This document shows, piece by piece, positions 1-10,568 of a DNA stretch of 64,000 bases. The DNA is from Mariniblastus sp. (lineage in GTDB: Bacteria; Planctomycetota; Planctomycetia; Pirellulales; Pirellulaceae): contig JANNPW010000050.1 of the NCBI GenBank assembly GCA_031400405.1, positions 20,646 through 84,645 on the forward strand, written 5' to 3'. Below the pieces are notes generated by a model that saw nothing but the letters and a program-made list of their open reading frames with translations, had not been told where the DNA came from and searched no databases. How positions within the stretch are numbered: position 1 is the first letter of the stretch; each line of letters begins with the position of its first letter. A program made the translations under genes and the position numbers.

Positions 1-2
1 GC

Positions 3-725
3 GAACTGATGGAATCGCAGTTATTTGGACATAAAAAGGGTTCTTTTACCAGCGCCGATCGTGACCATACGGGCTGGTTTCAACAGGCCGATTTGGGAAC
101 GCTGTTCCTCGATGAGATTGGCGAACTGACGCTCGAAGGTCAAGCCAAATTGTTGCGGACGTTGGAAGGACATCCTTTTTTGCCGGTGGGAGCGACGGAA
201 GAAATCCAAGTCGATGTGCGCGTCATCTGTGCCACCAATCGCGACTTGAAAGAGCTCGTTGCCGAGAAAAAATTTCGCGAAGATTTGTTTTACCGGTTGA
301 GCGTCTACGAACTGTACCTACCGCCTCTGCGTGATCGAGAAGATGATATTCAACGTCTGCTGGATTTCTTTTTGGAACACTTTCGCAATCAACACGGCAA
401 GCCCGACATCAAGTTTTCCAAGGCGGCCAACACGCGGTTACTGGCCTACCAGTGGCCCGGCAATGTGCGGCAATTGCGCAACGTAATCGACAGCGCGATC
501 GTGATGGCGGAAGGAAATGAAATTGGACTGGTCGACCTCGGCATCCGCGATACAGCGGAATCCGGTGGCGAATTGGAAACGTTGCGGATTGATTTCTGGG
601 AACAAAAATTGATCCGGGATGCCCTGAAACGAACCAGTAACAGCGTGCCGAAAGCGGCTGAATTACTCGGCATTAGCCGCGCTACGCTGTATCGGAAAAT
701 TGAAGATTATGGGATCAATCGCTGA
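3..725 (+). CDS. Sigma54-dependent transcriptional activator (AAA+ and Fis-type HTH), 5'-truncated by window edge
   Basis: [12 protein letters not shown] (GAFTGA-loop variant), [10 protein letters not shown] Walker [31 protein letters not shown]-terminal [18 protein letters not shown]; frame open to window start. Confidence 0.93.
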   Translation, partial: ELMESQLFGHKKGSFTSADRDHTGWFQQADLGTLFLDEIGELTLEGQAKLLRTLEGHPFLPVGATEEIQVDVRVICATNRDLKELVAEKKFREDLFYRLSVYELYLPPLRDREDDIQRLLDFFLEHFRNQHGKPDIKFSKAANTRLLAYQWPGNVRQLRNVIDSAIVMAEGNEIGLVDLGIRDTAESGGELETLRIDFWEQKLIRDALKRTSNSVPKAAELLGISRATLYRKIEDYGINR

Positions 726-784
726 TTGACTGCTGGGCCGCGCGCCCGTTGCTGATTTGGCGTCCGACCCCGTTCGAGCTAGAC

Positions 785-823
785 AAAAAATCCTTGGCAA
801 ACACGATGTTTGCCAAGGATTTT
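785..823 (-). terminator. Intrinsic terminator downstream of tRNA-Leu
   Basis: Perfect 16-bp inverted repeat aaaatccttggcaaac (787-802) / gtttgccaaggatttt (808-823), 5-nt loop, followed by a T-run on the minus strand. Confidence 0.75.
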
Positions 824-829
824 CCTTAG

Positions 830-912
830 TACCGGTGAGAGGAGTCGAACCTCCACGGGGTTGCCCCCAATGGATTTTGAATCCATCGCGTCTGCCATTC
901 CGCCACACCGGC
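830..912 (-). tRNA. tRNA-Leu (anticodon CAA)
   Basis: Minus strand GCCGGTGTGGCGGAATGGCAGACGCGATGGATTCAAAATCCATTGGGGGCAACCCCGTGGAGGTTCGACTCCTCTCACCGGTA: acceptor stem GCCGGTG/CACCGGT, D-loop GG, anticodon loop TTCAAAA, long variable arm, GTTCGA T-loop; CCA not encoded. Confidence 0.96.
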
Positions 913-1026
913 AAGTCCGTTTTTGGAGAGCGGATTGTAAACAATAAGTTCACAGGCCGACAAGTCCCCCCAGCTTTCTTCGAAAATTTGCTGGACCAGG
1001 CAATCCAGAAAAAACATCTGGAGTGT

Positions 1027-4000
1027 TCACGTCCGCAGCGATTCCAACAACGGCAATTTGAAAATCTGTCTCGACGCAAAGAAACTCGCCATTAAACCCA
1101 CGATCAAAATTGCCGCGAACATGGCCGCCAACTCGCTCCACGGTACGGCGGCATTTCCCATCAACCAATGGGGCAGCGTGGTAAACAAGGCCGCCCCAAT
1201 CCCGACCCCCAACCCAGTCAACAGGAGAAATCCGTTCTCCAACAACACCAGCCGGCCTAACCTTGGCTGGCTGAAACCGACGGCTCGTAGCAGTCCCAAC
1301 TCTTTTTTTCGTTCCAACACGCCACGCAATTGAACCGCTGCCAAGCCGAATGTTCCTAAAATTAAACCGAGAGCGCCTAGAGTCTGAAAGGTGCTGAGGT
1401 AAGTATTTTGCACCGTCATGAAATTGGCCAACAATTGCGGGGCCGAACGCGCGTCGAACCCGTAGTCGCTTAATCGGTCTTCCAATCGTTCGACACTACT
1501 GGCTGCCAGAGTCGGCGGATCCGCGGGACCATCCTTTATCAGAAAATATTGGTAGCCCCCGAGCGCGGGAAACGCTTGGACAAAATCCTGTTCACCAATG
1601 ACTAAACTGCCTTGCAGAATTGTGTTGCTCAAGAATCCAACGATGCGAAAATGAACTGCTTCACCCGTGTCATATTTGACAGCGAAAATCGTATCCAAAA
1701 AATAAATTTTCAAACTGTAGTTGGCAGTGTTTTTGTCGATCACGGCCGGTATGGGATCGGTCGCAGTACCTGCATGGGTCACCGTTCCTGCCAACAATTG
1801 CCAAGGGTTCGCGCGCTCTTCCATGGTCTTTCCGAGGTGTCCGGCCCAGGCAAAAGTCGGTGCGCCGCGCTCGTCGGTAGACGCGGGAGTGGCCCCGTTC
1901 GAGGTCGTCGCCGATGGTTGAAAATGCTCGACAAACGAATTGGGCAAGCCGAGCACTTGCGGTTGCGTCGATTGATACAAATTATTGCAACTGGCGTCTT
2001 CACCCGATTTGTAACGCACCGGTAACACAATTGTGCCAGGCGTCAATTTGTTACCATCTCCCAAAATTTTTGCTTGACCGGTCGTAGTCGCCAGGTCAAC
2101 CAGAATCGGCTGACTGCTTTGTGCAACCCAATCAAAACCCGCCGTACCCTGCTCCGTTGGAGTCAATCGAAACGCACTCACGGCGGCGATCAAGAAACTG
2201 GCCACGGCGACCAGTCCGATCGTCAATGTACTGCGCAGCGGATTTCGCCGCGCGTTCAATATGGCCAGAGATGTCAGTCCCAATCGTGTGGATTCAAAAT
2301 TAGCCAACGACGAATTTGTTGCAGGCAATACTGACAATTTGCTCCTTAGCCACCGATGCACCGACATCAAGCCGGCGGTCAGGACCAAAAAACCGGCACC
2401 CATAAACGAACCGGCTTGGGCTTCGCCCGCAAGTTTGGTTGCCAGCCAGGTCAACCCGATCGCAGCCAGCACCAAAACTCCGATCAACCAAGGTCGGGAT
2501 GGATTGGCCCGCAGTGAGACTTTTATGGCGGGATCGATCTGTCCGGCGAGCAAATTGCGAATGTTCTGTCGAACCGCACTTCGCAATGACCACAAAATTG
2601 TGGCCACGCAAACCAAGGCCCCACTGAAGAGACCGATCAACATCGTCAAGGGTGTCAAATGCAAATGCAAAAATGGTCGCGAAATCGCCCCGACCCACCA
2701 GGTCGATAGCCCCCAGATCATCAACGCTGCGTATCCAATACCAACGAGAATACCAAGCGTTGCGCCAGCGAGCGAAACCAGCGAGACTTCGATTAACCAC
2801 AATCGACGAATCATCTGCAGCGGGAATCCGGTGGCACACATCAGTCCGACTTCCGCGGCCCGTTGCTGGAAGCCCAAGCGGAACAACAATGAAACCAGGA
2901 TCAGTGCTGATCCAATCACGAACATACTTAGCGCCAAAAACAAAACGTCAAACGGTGTTGATCCCGCTGAGGCCGCCAACCCGCGACGCTTGATCGGAAC
3001 GAGGTGCAGACCAAATTCTGCGGAATGATCGGCAATCTGGACCAGCAGCTGGCTTTCAAGCAGGTCAGCGTCACCAACGCTGGCCGGAATCCGGAAACTG
3101 GTTGTTTGCCCAAATCGACTCTGCCATAGTTTTTGCCCCGTGGCCAGCGAAACGAAAGCTTTCGGTGTCGTCCGATGGTCCTCCCAATATTGATCGTCTT
3201 GGGGTCGAAGGCGACTGGCGGTCTCAAACGGCAGATCCCATTTTTCGATGGACTCGGCATCCGTAACACCGGGAACCTCCGGGGTCAAATCGGGATCGTT
3301 GCTAATTTGTGGGGCCTGGGAAAATTTGGCGACCTGAATTGGTCCACGTCGCGGGACGACGTAGCCTGCGGAAGGTTGAGTCAATTTGGCAATGTCCACC
3401 AATTGTAGCTCCACCTGTTGTTCGACCTGGGTTCCGTGAGTTGTCTCGGGCTCAAAATAGGTCACCACGACCGTGTCACCGACTTTGGCTGACAGATCAT
3501 CAGCAGCCCATTCGTTAAGCACGATTTCATTTTCGCGCAAGGACTCAATCGGTCGGTTTTCAGCACGCGCGATGGGTTGGAACGAATCGTCAAAATCAAT
3601 CGACGCCACCATTGAAAACGGAATTCCCGGTGGCTGGTTCGCGAGGCGAATGTCGTTCGCCAAATAAGTAAAAACCGGCTTCGCTGCTGGAAACACGGAT
3701 TGAATCCGGTCGGCGGCCGCGTCGGTCAACACCATCCGGTCGGCCGAAAGGCTCCAATAATCAAACACGAGGTTATCGGAATCCTTGGCACTCCACGTTC
3801 GTGTGACTCGTTTTAGCGAAAGCCCGTAGTCTTCGAGTGTCGGGCGAATTTGGCGGGACAGTTCTGCGCTCGCGTCCGGAGTTGGAAGCGAATCGCGCTG
3901 GCCACTCAAGAGCACGATGTTCGCTTGGGCTGGGTCGGTCTTATGCTTCAATACCGTTCGCGAGAGGGAATCTTGCAGCAAGGCAATCGGCAAATAGACA

Positions 4001-4689
4001 TTCAGCGGGTCAGCTTGAGTCGGATGCAAACCAAATCGGCCCAAGCTGGAGTTGGGAATGATCTCGAGGATCTCGAGCTCCACCAAGCTCTCGATCAAAT
4101 CATCTTGTTTGCTCATCGCACTGTCGCCCGGCAACTGGTTTTGTTTCGGGATGCGAACGGTCAGTTTGGCATTTCCAGCGGCAATCTGCGGGGCAGTGAT
4201 TTGCAGCTCGTCGGCAAGGGCTTGGTTGATCATGGCGGTCATGCCGCTGAGCTCCCGCGCGGGTTTGATTGTTGGATCGCCGAATGACCAGAATTCTTCG
4301 GTGATGCCCAAAACAGTTACCTGGTTCGCCCTCCGTATCCCCGCCGATTCGAATTCTGTTTCGACTGTCCCACCGGGAAACAAGATCGCCGGTTGAGCAG
4401 AAGAATAATGCGTTTTGAAGGCTGCTGTTTGAGCGATCTGTTCCGACAGTCGAGCGCTAAAAAATCCATCCGAGACCAGCAATTCGTCGATCTGACCCAA
4501 TCGTTCGATCGTCAACTGACGCAAACTTGACCGCATGCTGTCGCCGACAATCAATGCGCCCGTCAGCACCGCAGTTGCGGCGGCCACCCCGCAAGCCACC
4601 GACAAATTGGTACGCCAATAAAAGAACAAACTGCGCAACGCTATTTGCCGTCGATTCAAGGCGAGTGGAGAATTGGTTGGCTTGGGCAT
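1027..4689 (-). CDS. Large ABC transporter permease (FtsX/MacB-type, two permease domains)
   Basis: 1220 aa; N-term AVLTGALIVGDSMRSSL, two TM clusters each with the R-x-x-E-x-G-L-x-x-A-x-GF motif (QQRAAEVGLMCATGF; ERKKELGLLRAVGFS); start ATG directly follows the ATPase stop. Confidence 0.88.
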   Translation of the reverse strand: MPKPTNSPLALNRRQIALRSLFFYWRTNLSVACGVAAATAVLTGALIVGDSMRSSLRQLTIERLGQIDELLVSDGFFSARLSEQIAQTAAFKTHYSSAQPAILFPGGTVETEFESAGIRRANQVTVLGITEEFWSFGDPTIKPARELSGMTAMINQALADELQITAPQIAAGNAKLTVRIPKQNQLPGDSAMSKQDDLIESLVELEILEIIPNSSLGRFGLHPTQADPLNVYLPIALLQDSLSRTVLKHKTDPAQANIVLLSGQRDSLPTPDASAELSRQIRPTLEDYGLSLKRVTRTWSAKDSDNLVFDYWSLSADRMVLTDAAADRIQSVFPAAKPVFTYLANDIRLANQPPGIPFSMVASIDFDDSFQPIARAENRPIESLRENEIVLNEWAADDLSAKVGDTVVVTYFEPETTHGTQVEQQVELQLVDIAKLTQPSAGYVVPRRGPIQVAKFSQAPQISNDPDLTPEVPGVTDAESIEKWDLPFETASRLRPQDDQYWEDHRTTPKAFVSLATGQKLWQSRFGQTTSFRIPASVGDADLLESQLLVQIADHSAEFGLHLVPIKRRGLAASAGSTPFDVLFLALSMFVIGSALILVSLLFRLGFQQRAAEVGLMCATGFPLQMIRRLWLIEVSLVSLAGATLGILVGIGYAALMIWGLSTWWVGAISRPFLHLHLTPLTMLIGLFSGALVCVATILWSLRSAVRQNIRNLLAGQIDPAIKVSLRANPSRPWLIGVLVLAAIGLTWLATKLAGEAQAGSFMGAGFLVLTAGLMSVHRWLRSKLSVLPATNSSLANFESTRLGLTSLAILNARRNPLRSTLTIGLVAVASFLIAAVSAFRLTPTEQGTAGFDWVAQSSQPILVDLATTTGQAKILGDGNKLTPGTIVLPVRYKSGEDASCNNLYQSTQPQVLGLPNSFVEHFQPSATTSNGATPASTDERGAPTFAWAGHLGKTMEERANPWQLLAGTVTHAGTATDPIPAVIDKNTANYSLKIYFLDTIFAVKYDTGEAVHFRIVGFLSNTILQGSLVIGEQDFVQAFPALGGYQYFLIKDGPADPPTLAASSVERLEDRLSDYGFDARSAPQLLANFMTVQNTYLSTFQTLGALGLILGTFGLAAVQLRGVLERKKELGLLRAVGFSQPRLGRLVLLENGFLLLTGLGVGIGAALFTTLPHWLMGNAAVPWSELAAMFAAILIVGLMASFFASRQIFKLPLLESLRT

Positions 4690-5358
4690 TCAGACAAACT
4701 TCCCGTTGTCCAGTCGAACCTGTTTTTGAAACAGGCTTGCCAAGCGTTCGCTATGAGTAACACAAATCAGCACCGCTTGATCCGCGTGTTGCAGTTCCAA
4801 CAGGACTTCGCCGATTTTTTCAGCGTTCGCCGGGTCCAAGCTGCCCGTGGGTTCGTCGGCCAAGACCAATACCGGCGAACAGATCAACGCCCGTGCAAAC
4901 GCGACGCGCTGACGTTCTCCGCCGGATAATTGTGCAGGGCGATGATGACGGCGATCTTGCAATCCGACGCGTTCGAGCAACATGGTCGCGCGCTCGACGG
5001 AATCTCGCGTCGTATGGCCTTGGGCGACGATCGGAATCAGCACATTTTCAAGTGCCGACAATTGCGGCAGTAGATAATGTTCCTGGAACACAAAACCGAT
5101 TTTTTGATTGCGGAACGCCGCGATTTTCTGGGGAGGGATTTGGCCCAAATCCGTACCGAGAAGCGTGACCGTTCCGGCTGTCGGTTCGTCGAGCGTTCCG
5201 GCGATATGCAGGAACGAACTCTTGCCACTGCCGCTCGGGCCGACCACGGCGATGTTGTCACCGCGATTGAGTTCCATTGAGACACCGGCCAGAATCCGCA
5301 AGGGTCCGGTCGGAGTTTCAAATTCTTTGACAATTTGCGTGGCAACAAAGTCAGCCAT
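4690..5358 (-). CDS. ABC transporter ATP-binding protein (LolD/MacB family)
   Basis: GPSGSGKSS Walker A, FVFQEHYL Q-loop, LSGGERQRVAFARAL signature, LADEPTGSLD Walker B, CVTHS H-loop; start placed at MADFVAT (5358), not the ORF-track 5475. Confidence 0.93.
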   Translation of the reverse strand: MADFVATQIVKEFETPTGPLRILAGVSMELNRGDNIAVVGPSGSGKSSFLHIAGTLDEPTAGTVTLLGTDLGQIPPQKIAAFRNQKIGFVFQEHYLLPQLSALENVLIPIVAQGHTTRDSVERATMLLERVGLQDRRHHRPAQLSGGERQRVAFARALICSPVLVLADEPTGSLDPANAEKIGEVLLELQHADQAVLICVTHSERLASLFQKQVRLDNGKFV

Positions 5359-5715
5359 AATTCTCGTTCCATCAAAAGGTTGACGGAATTCTATCAAAGC
5401 GTGAGGAGACTTGTATCGGGGACGGCTTGATACAACAGACGCGTCAATCGTTCGCGATGAGACCATGCGCTGCAATCACCAGGATGATATGATAGCTGTT
5501 GAAACCACGATTTTTGAGCAAATGAACCGAACGGTGCAGGTTGAATAACCGTTTTTCACGGAAAAAATATGGAATTCGAGGCCTGATTAGCGGGCAATTC
5601 GTTCGAAATTGTAAAATCTCGTACTTTTTGATTTTGTGCAATGGTTGGGCGGTCACTATACTAGTGCCTACGGAAACTGAACTACATTGATCCTTCAGCG
5701 GAGAGGCAGACAAAT

Positions 5716-6330
5716 ATGAGGCAAACTAATCGAAATCTGTTTTTGGCTTTCGCAGCGATTCTGCTGTGCGTCGGCTCGGTAAAAGCCGATGCTGTGATTT
5801 CCTACGGAGTCAATGAAGGAGGTATTTTCTTTATTGACCTGCAATCGAACACGAGCAACCAAGCCAGGCCATTTTTTGTGTCCGGCGGAGACAATGTCAA
5901 CGGTTTAGAGCTTGATCTCCAGATTGGTGACGGGGGCGTTTTTCTGGGCGGCACCGATACCGGACCGAGGATGGGAGCGATCGACATGATCACCGGAACG
6001 ATCTTCGCGGGCGCTTCACCTGCTCAACAAAACGTTGTGGATTCTCCTTTGGCCAAACAAAGTACGGTTGATACTGCCAGCTTGGTGGTTGCCAATGGTT
6101 TGATAGCGCAGGTTGTTTTTGACACGACTGGAATTGGACCGGGGTTGTATGCGTTTCGACTTACAGGCGTCGCCGGACAATTTAACACTAGGTTTTTTAA
6201 CAGCGCAACTCCTGTTGCCACCACTGCTCCCAATGGGTTCCTGCGTGTCACCGCGATTCCAGAGCCATCGAGTTTGCTCGTGGTTCTTGGTTCGACGGCA
6301 GTTTGCCTATTGAGACGGCGCCGACGGTAG
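5716..6330 (+). CDS. PEP-CTERM sorting domain protein
   Basis: Signal peptide (…SVKADA), C-terminal IPEPSSLLVVLGSTAVCLLRRRRR (PEP + TM + Arg cluster); GGAGAGG RBS upstream. Confidence 0.9.
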   Translation: MRQTNRNLFLAFAAILLCVGSVKADAVISYGVNEGGIFFIDLQSNTSNQARPFFVSGGDNVNGLELDLQIGDGGVFLGGTDTGPRMGAIDMITGTIFAGASPAQQNVVDSPLAKQSTVDTASLVVANGLIAQVVFDTTGIGPGLYAFRLTGVAGQFNTRFFNSATPVATTAPNGFLRVTAIPEPSSLLVVLGSTAVCLLRRRRR

Positions 6331-6394
6331 TCTCCCGCAGGAAGCGTGATGTCGGTTGCCAGGAACAATCGCCTTAACTTTTTACCAGTTGACT

Positions 6395-6430
6395 AAAGGC
6401 CGCAGAAATGCGGCCTTTGTTTTTTGTTTT
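6395..6430 (+). terminator. Intrinsic terminator after PEP-CTERM gene
   Basis: Stem aaaggccgca-gaaa-tgcggccttt followed by gttttttgtttt. Confidence 0.85.
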
Positions 6431-6682
6431 GATGGTGATTGCAAACCTCATCAAGCGATTTCAACGCTCCGAGTCTCGGGTAGCTAGCTTCCTAAAACAG
6501 GCCTCGTCGAATCGCGCGCTGGATTCAGGGAAGTGTCCTCGCTGGTGGGTAATTTGCGTGATTTGCTAACATTTAACAGGCTTTCCGGTTAAATGGATGG
6601 TTTACATTGGTCTAATTTGTATTAATCTAATGGCATACCTCTAGTTGACAATTTTCTTGCTTCTTTATCAGGGTGTATTTTT

Positions 6683-9600
6683 ATGAAATCCAAGGCCTCA
6701 CGAAACAGTCGTAGGAAAAATCGAACAACCGGAATTATTCGTCCCAGCGATCGCGCACGATTGGGGCTTGGATATGAAATACTCGAACCAAAGATTTTAT
6801 TGGCGGTAAATATTTTTGCGGAAGTTGCCAAGTCCGCAACGGCTGATGTGGGAACCTATTACTTGCCGAATGCACAGCAGGAAGGAGTTGCGCGAGATTT
6901 TTTGAGTGGCCGGCAGGAAACCGCGTATCTGTTTAATAACCAAAACAATTTGGACTTGGTGGAAATCAAGCGAGGTCTGGCCAGCACTGTTTCTCGTTTC
7001 CAGCAAACGTTTAATGGTGTACCGGTCGTCGATGCCTATGTGACGGCGATTCAGGGACCGACGGGCGAGTTTGTGCGTGTGTTGGATCAAGGAATGGCGA
7101 TCAAAAACTCAACGCCGTTTGATGGTTGGATTCCCAATAACCAATATTTTCAAACCGTGGCAATGAACCACGCGGGCGCGGACCGAACTTTCGCGCCATC
7201 AGTCGGCCAATTAGTTTGGCTGCCAACCGATAATTCGTCAGTCGAACAAGTGTGGCAAGTCACTGTGTTTGGTGTGAACACATTGACTCACGGCGATTTT
7301 TTGACTTATATCGATATCGATTCTGGAACCGTTATTTCCCAGGAGAACCGGATTGACCACGTCGACGGTGTGGGGCAGGTTTTTTATCCGAATCCCTACC
7401 AGACCCAAGGCAATGGTACCAACCTCACCGATAACAATGACGCTAACAACGCCACATTAACCAGTCAACGGATCAATGTAACCTTGCAAGGTCTGCTGGC
7501 CGGAACGGGATTGCTGCGCGGTGACTTTGTCGACCTGTCTACCCTGAACAGTCCCGGTCTTCCCGATGTGGATGCCAACGAGGTGTCACGGGTTTATGAC
7601 TATACCCGAGATAATGATCGGTTTGAGCAAGTCGTGGTCTATCACACGGTCGATCAAATTAATCGTTACTTTCACGCACTTGGTTTTGATGATCAAAACG
7701 TCACGCCCAATGGAATTCGAGATTTCCCAACTCTGGCGAATGCACATTGGGATAATGCGGACAATTCATTTTATTCGACCGGCGACAACGCGATTCACTT
7801 CGGCGATGGAGGTGTTGATGATGCGGAAGATGGTGATATTGTTGCGCATGAATATGGACACGCCGTGCAACACGATCAAAACGCTACTTGGGGCGGTGGC
7901 GAGATGGGTGCCATGGGCGAAGGTTTCGGTGACTATTTGGCCGCAACCTTCTTCAAGACTTTCGGCAATGCAGCCTTTCAGGCAGCCCACGCCGCGGCGG
8001 TTGGCGAATGGGATGCGACATCCTATAGCAGCGACAATCCACCCAACTTGCGACGCGTCGATGGTAACAAAATGTACCCCGGCGATTTGACTGGAGGGGT
8101 CCATGCGGATGGCGAGATCTGGTCTCGCGCACTGTGGGACATGAACAACGCATTGGGTGCGGCCGTGGCGGATCAGATCATTCTCGAAAGCCACTTTTTG
8201 TTAGGCGGCAACGCGACGATGGTCAACGGTGCCGAAGCAATCCTGTTGGCAGATCAGAATCTCAATGCGGGAGCCAATCAAGCTGCGATTCGAAACGCGT
8301 TCGTAGCTCGGGGGATTCTCCAACCAATTGCCGGTCTTGGCACGGTGACTTTGAATTCGGCCGCCTATTTGGTGGGCAGCACGTTGATGATTACGGTAAC
8401 CGATGGAAATGGAGTGCCACCAATTCAAGTGACGGTGACGAACTCCAACGGTGATACCGAATTGCTGACTCTCGCAGCGGGCGGGGGCGGAGTATATACC
8501 GGCTCGATTGTGTCGGTCGCTGGAGCCGCTGTGGCTGGCGATGGACAGTTGCAGGCTGCAGTCGGCAATACGGTAACGGTGACTTACCAAGATCCCAACA
8601 ATGGTTCGGGAAATCCGCAAACAGTAACCGACAGTGCTGTCTTTGGTTTGAAAACACAATACAACTCCACCAACGTACCGTTGCCAATTACCGATAACAC
8701 CACGATTACGTCGATTATCAACGTGCCGAATGCTGGCGTTCTGCTGGATGTCGATCTGCGATTGAATATCACGCACACGTGGGTCGGAGATTTGACCGGC
8801 GTCTTGATCGGACCCAACGGCACGCGCGTGACATTGTTCGATCGAATCGGCGCAAATGGCGACAACTACACCAATACGCTGTTCGACGACGATGCTGCCA
8901 ATTCAATTAATTCGGGTTCTGCCCCGTATGCAGGGACGTTTCGACCCAGCCAACCGTTCTCTGTGTTTAATGGAATTAATCCGGCAGGAACCTGGACTTT
9001 GGAAATCAGGGACAGTGCCAACCAAGACCAGGGGACTCTGAATTCGTGGTCGTTGTTTGTTTCCTATCTCCCCGTCAATACGGTCATCGGGCCAGTAACG
9101 GATGTTAACGCTGCGATCAACCAAGTGGCTGAAAATAGCGCCAATGGCACCAACGTTGGAATCACGGCTGCGGCGATTGATCCCGACGGTGGAGATACGG
9201 TGACCTACAGTCTCACCAATAACGCGGGGGGACGATTTGCGATTAATCCCTCCACGGGAGTCGTGACCGTCGCCGGTGCGATTGATTTTGAAACCGCAAC
9301 CAGTCATCTCATTACCGTCCGCGCTCTAAGCTCGGACACCAGTCAGTCGACCGCGAATTTCACGATCAACGTGCTCAACGTCAATGATGCGACGTTAACG
9401 ACCAGCAAGCCGTTCTATTCCGGCTCGTCATTTGACATCGCTGGTGGTGCCGTGGCGGCGATGGCAAACGAAAAGTCGTTTTTGGTGTCTGGTGTCCAAG
9501 CAAATTTCAATAACTACACCAGTTATGTCCGCGGTTTGAATGGCTTGGTCATTGACGTCAAGGACCTGAATCAGGTACCGACCTTGGCAACCGTCAGTTC

Positions 9601-10360
9601 GTTCTTCAACTTCCGCGTCGGTAACAATAATACGCCCAGCGGTTGGGTTGCCCCGGCCGCGCCGACCAGCTTGGTTTATCAATCCAATATTGACGCAAAC
9701 GGAACGGACCGAGTGTTGTTGACTTGGGCCGATAACGAAATTCGCAATGAATGGTTGCAGGTTACGTTGCTTGCCAACGGAACGTCTGGGATTGCAACTC
9801 AATCGGCGTTCTATTTTGGTAATGCCGTCGGCGAAACTGGCAATTCGGCAACCGATGCTTTGGTAAACCTGCAGGATTTGGCGCTGACGCGGGCCAATCA
9901 AACCGGATTTACCAATGCGGGAATTACCAATGTTTACGATTTCGACCGTGACAATCGTGTCAACTTGGCTGATATTGGTTTCGTGCGGACCAACCAATCG
10001 GGGTTCTCGCCATTGCTCTTGATCACTCCTTCGGGTGGCGGTAGCAAAGGCTTGTTTGGCAAGCAAAGTAACGGTGACTCGTCCAAAGGTAATTCGAATG
10101 CCCGTATGTTCGTGGGCAGTGAAGTCAGACCCGCCGTTCAATCGCCTGCGACGAATCGGTCGCCGATTTTCGACAAGGGTACCGGTCTTACCGATTCGAC
10201 TAACATGAATCTGGTGGGTAACGAAGGAAAATTATTTGCGAGTTCTTCGCGAGAATTGAACTCACGTGCCGAAACTAAATCGGTCGAATTGAAGGACACC
10301 GTTTCCCAAACGAGGTCGCTTGACGACTGGTTCGCAGATTTTGGTTCGAGCCTGAACTAA
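6683..10360 (+). CDS. Multidomain extracellular zinc metallopeptidase (M36/M4-like) with proprotein-convertase P domain, cadherin domain and dockerin-like C-terminus
   Basis: Planctomycete-type N-terminal motif LGYEILEPKILLA; FTP-like RFQQTFNGVPV; HEYGH zinc motif, MGEGFGDY, VHADGEIWS; P domain (LNITHTWVGDL…GTWTLEIRD…GTLNSWSL); cadherin (DPDGGDTVTYSL…IDFET); DFDRDNRVNLAD EF-hand/dockerin-like loop. Confidence 0.85.
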   Translation: MKSKASRNSRRKNRTTGIIRPSDRARLGLGYEILEPKILLAVNIFAEVAKSATADVGTYYLPNAQQEGVARDFLSGRQETAYLFNNQNNLDLVEIKRGLASTVSRFQQTFNGVPVVDAYVTAIQGPTGEFVRVLDQGMAIKNSTPFDGWIPNNQYFQTVAMNHAGADRTFAPSVGQLVWLPTDNSSVEQVWQVTVFGVNTLTHGDFLTYIDIDSGTVISQENRIDHVDGVGQVFYPNPYQTQGNGTNLTDNNDANNATLTSQRINVTLQGLLAGTGLLRGDFVDLSTLNSPGLPDVDANEVSRVYDYTRDNDRFEQVVVYHTVDQINRYFHALGFDDQNVTPNGIRDFPTLANAHWDNADNSFYSTGDNAIHFGDGGVDDAEDGDIVAHEYGHAVQHDQNATWGGGEMGAMGEGFGDYLAATFFKTFGNAAFQAAHAAAVGEWDATSYSSDNPPNLRRVDGNKMYPGDLTGGVHADGEIWSRALWDMNNALGAAVADQIILESHFLLGGNATMVNGAEAILLADQNLNAGANQAAIRNAFVARGILQPIAGLGTVTLNSAAYLVGSTLMITVTDGNGVPPIQVTVTNSNGDTELLTLAAGGGGVYTGSIVSVAGAAVAGDGQLQAAVGNTVTVTYQDPNNGSGNPQTVTDSAVFGLKTQYNSTNVPLPITDNTTITSIINVPNAGVLLDVDLRLNITHTWVGDLTGVLIGPNGTRVTLFDRIGANGDNYTNTLFDDDAANSINSGSAPYAGTFRPSQPFSVFNGINPAGTWTLEIRDSANQDQGTLNSWSLFVSYLPVNTVIGPVTDVNAAINQVAENSANGTNVGITAAAIDPDGGDTVTYSLTNNAGGRFAINPSTGVVTVAGAIDFETATSHLITVRALSSDTSQSTANFTINVLNVNDATLTTSKPFYSGSSFDIAGGAVAAMANEKSFLVSGVQANFNNYTSYVRGLNGLVIDVKDLNQVPTLATVSSFFNFRVGNNNTPSGWVAPAAPTSLVYQSNIDANGTDRVLLTWADNEIRNEWLQVTLLANGTSGIATQSAFYFGNAVGETGNSATDALVNLQDLALTRANQTGFTNAGITNVYDFDRDNRVNLADIGFVRTNQSGFSPLLLITPSGGGSKGLFGKQSNGDSSKGNSNARMFVGSEVRPAVQSPATNRSPIFDKGTGLTDSTNMNLVGNEGKLFASSSRELNSRAETKSVELKDTVSQTRSLDDWFADFGSSLN

Positions 10361-10568
10361 GGCACTTCCTGGGCTGTTAGCAGTTTGAACACGACAAATC
10401 GTGGCGGTCGAGTCGACTTGGATTCCAGGTCTTGCTCGACCGCTTTTTTTGTTTCCAAGCAAACCACCTTGCAGCTTGAACGAACTGTTTCGATTCACGG
10501 CGGATGCGCGAAATTCAATCGTCGATCGCCCGCTGGGCTGCACCTACCGAATTTTTTTGGCCGGAGTG

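Noticed and set aside
830-912. tRNA as an integration site of a genomic island
   Set aside because: No integrase and no duplicated tRNA 3' end seen in the window.
757-1095. 112-aa plus-strand ORF
   Set aside because: It runs antisense across the tRNA and its terminator; spurious.
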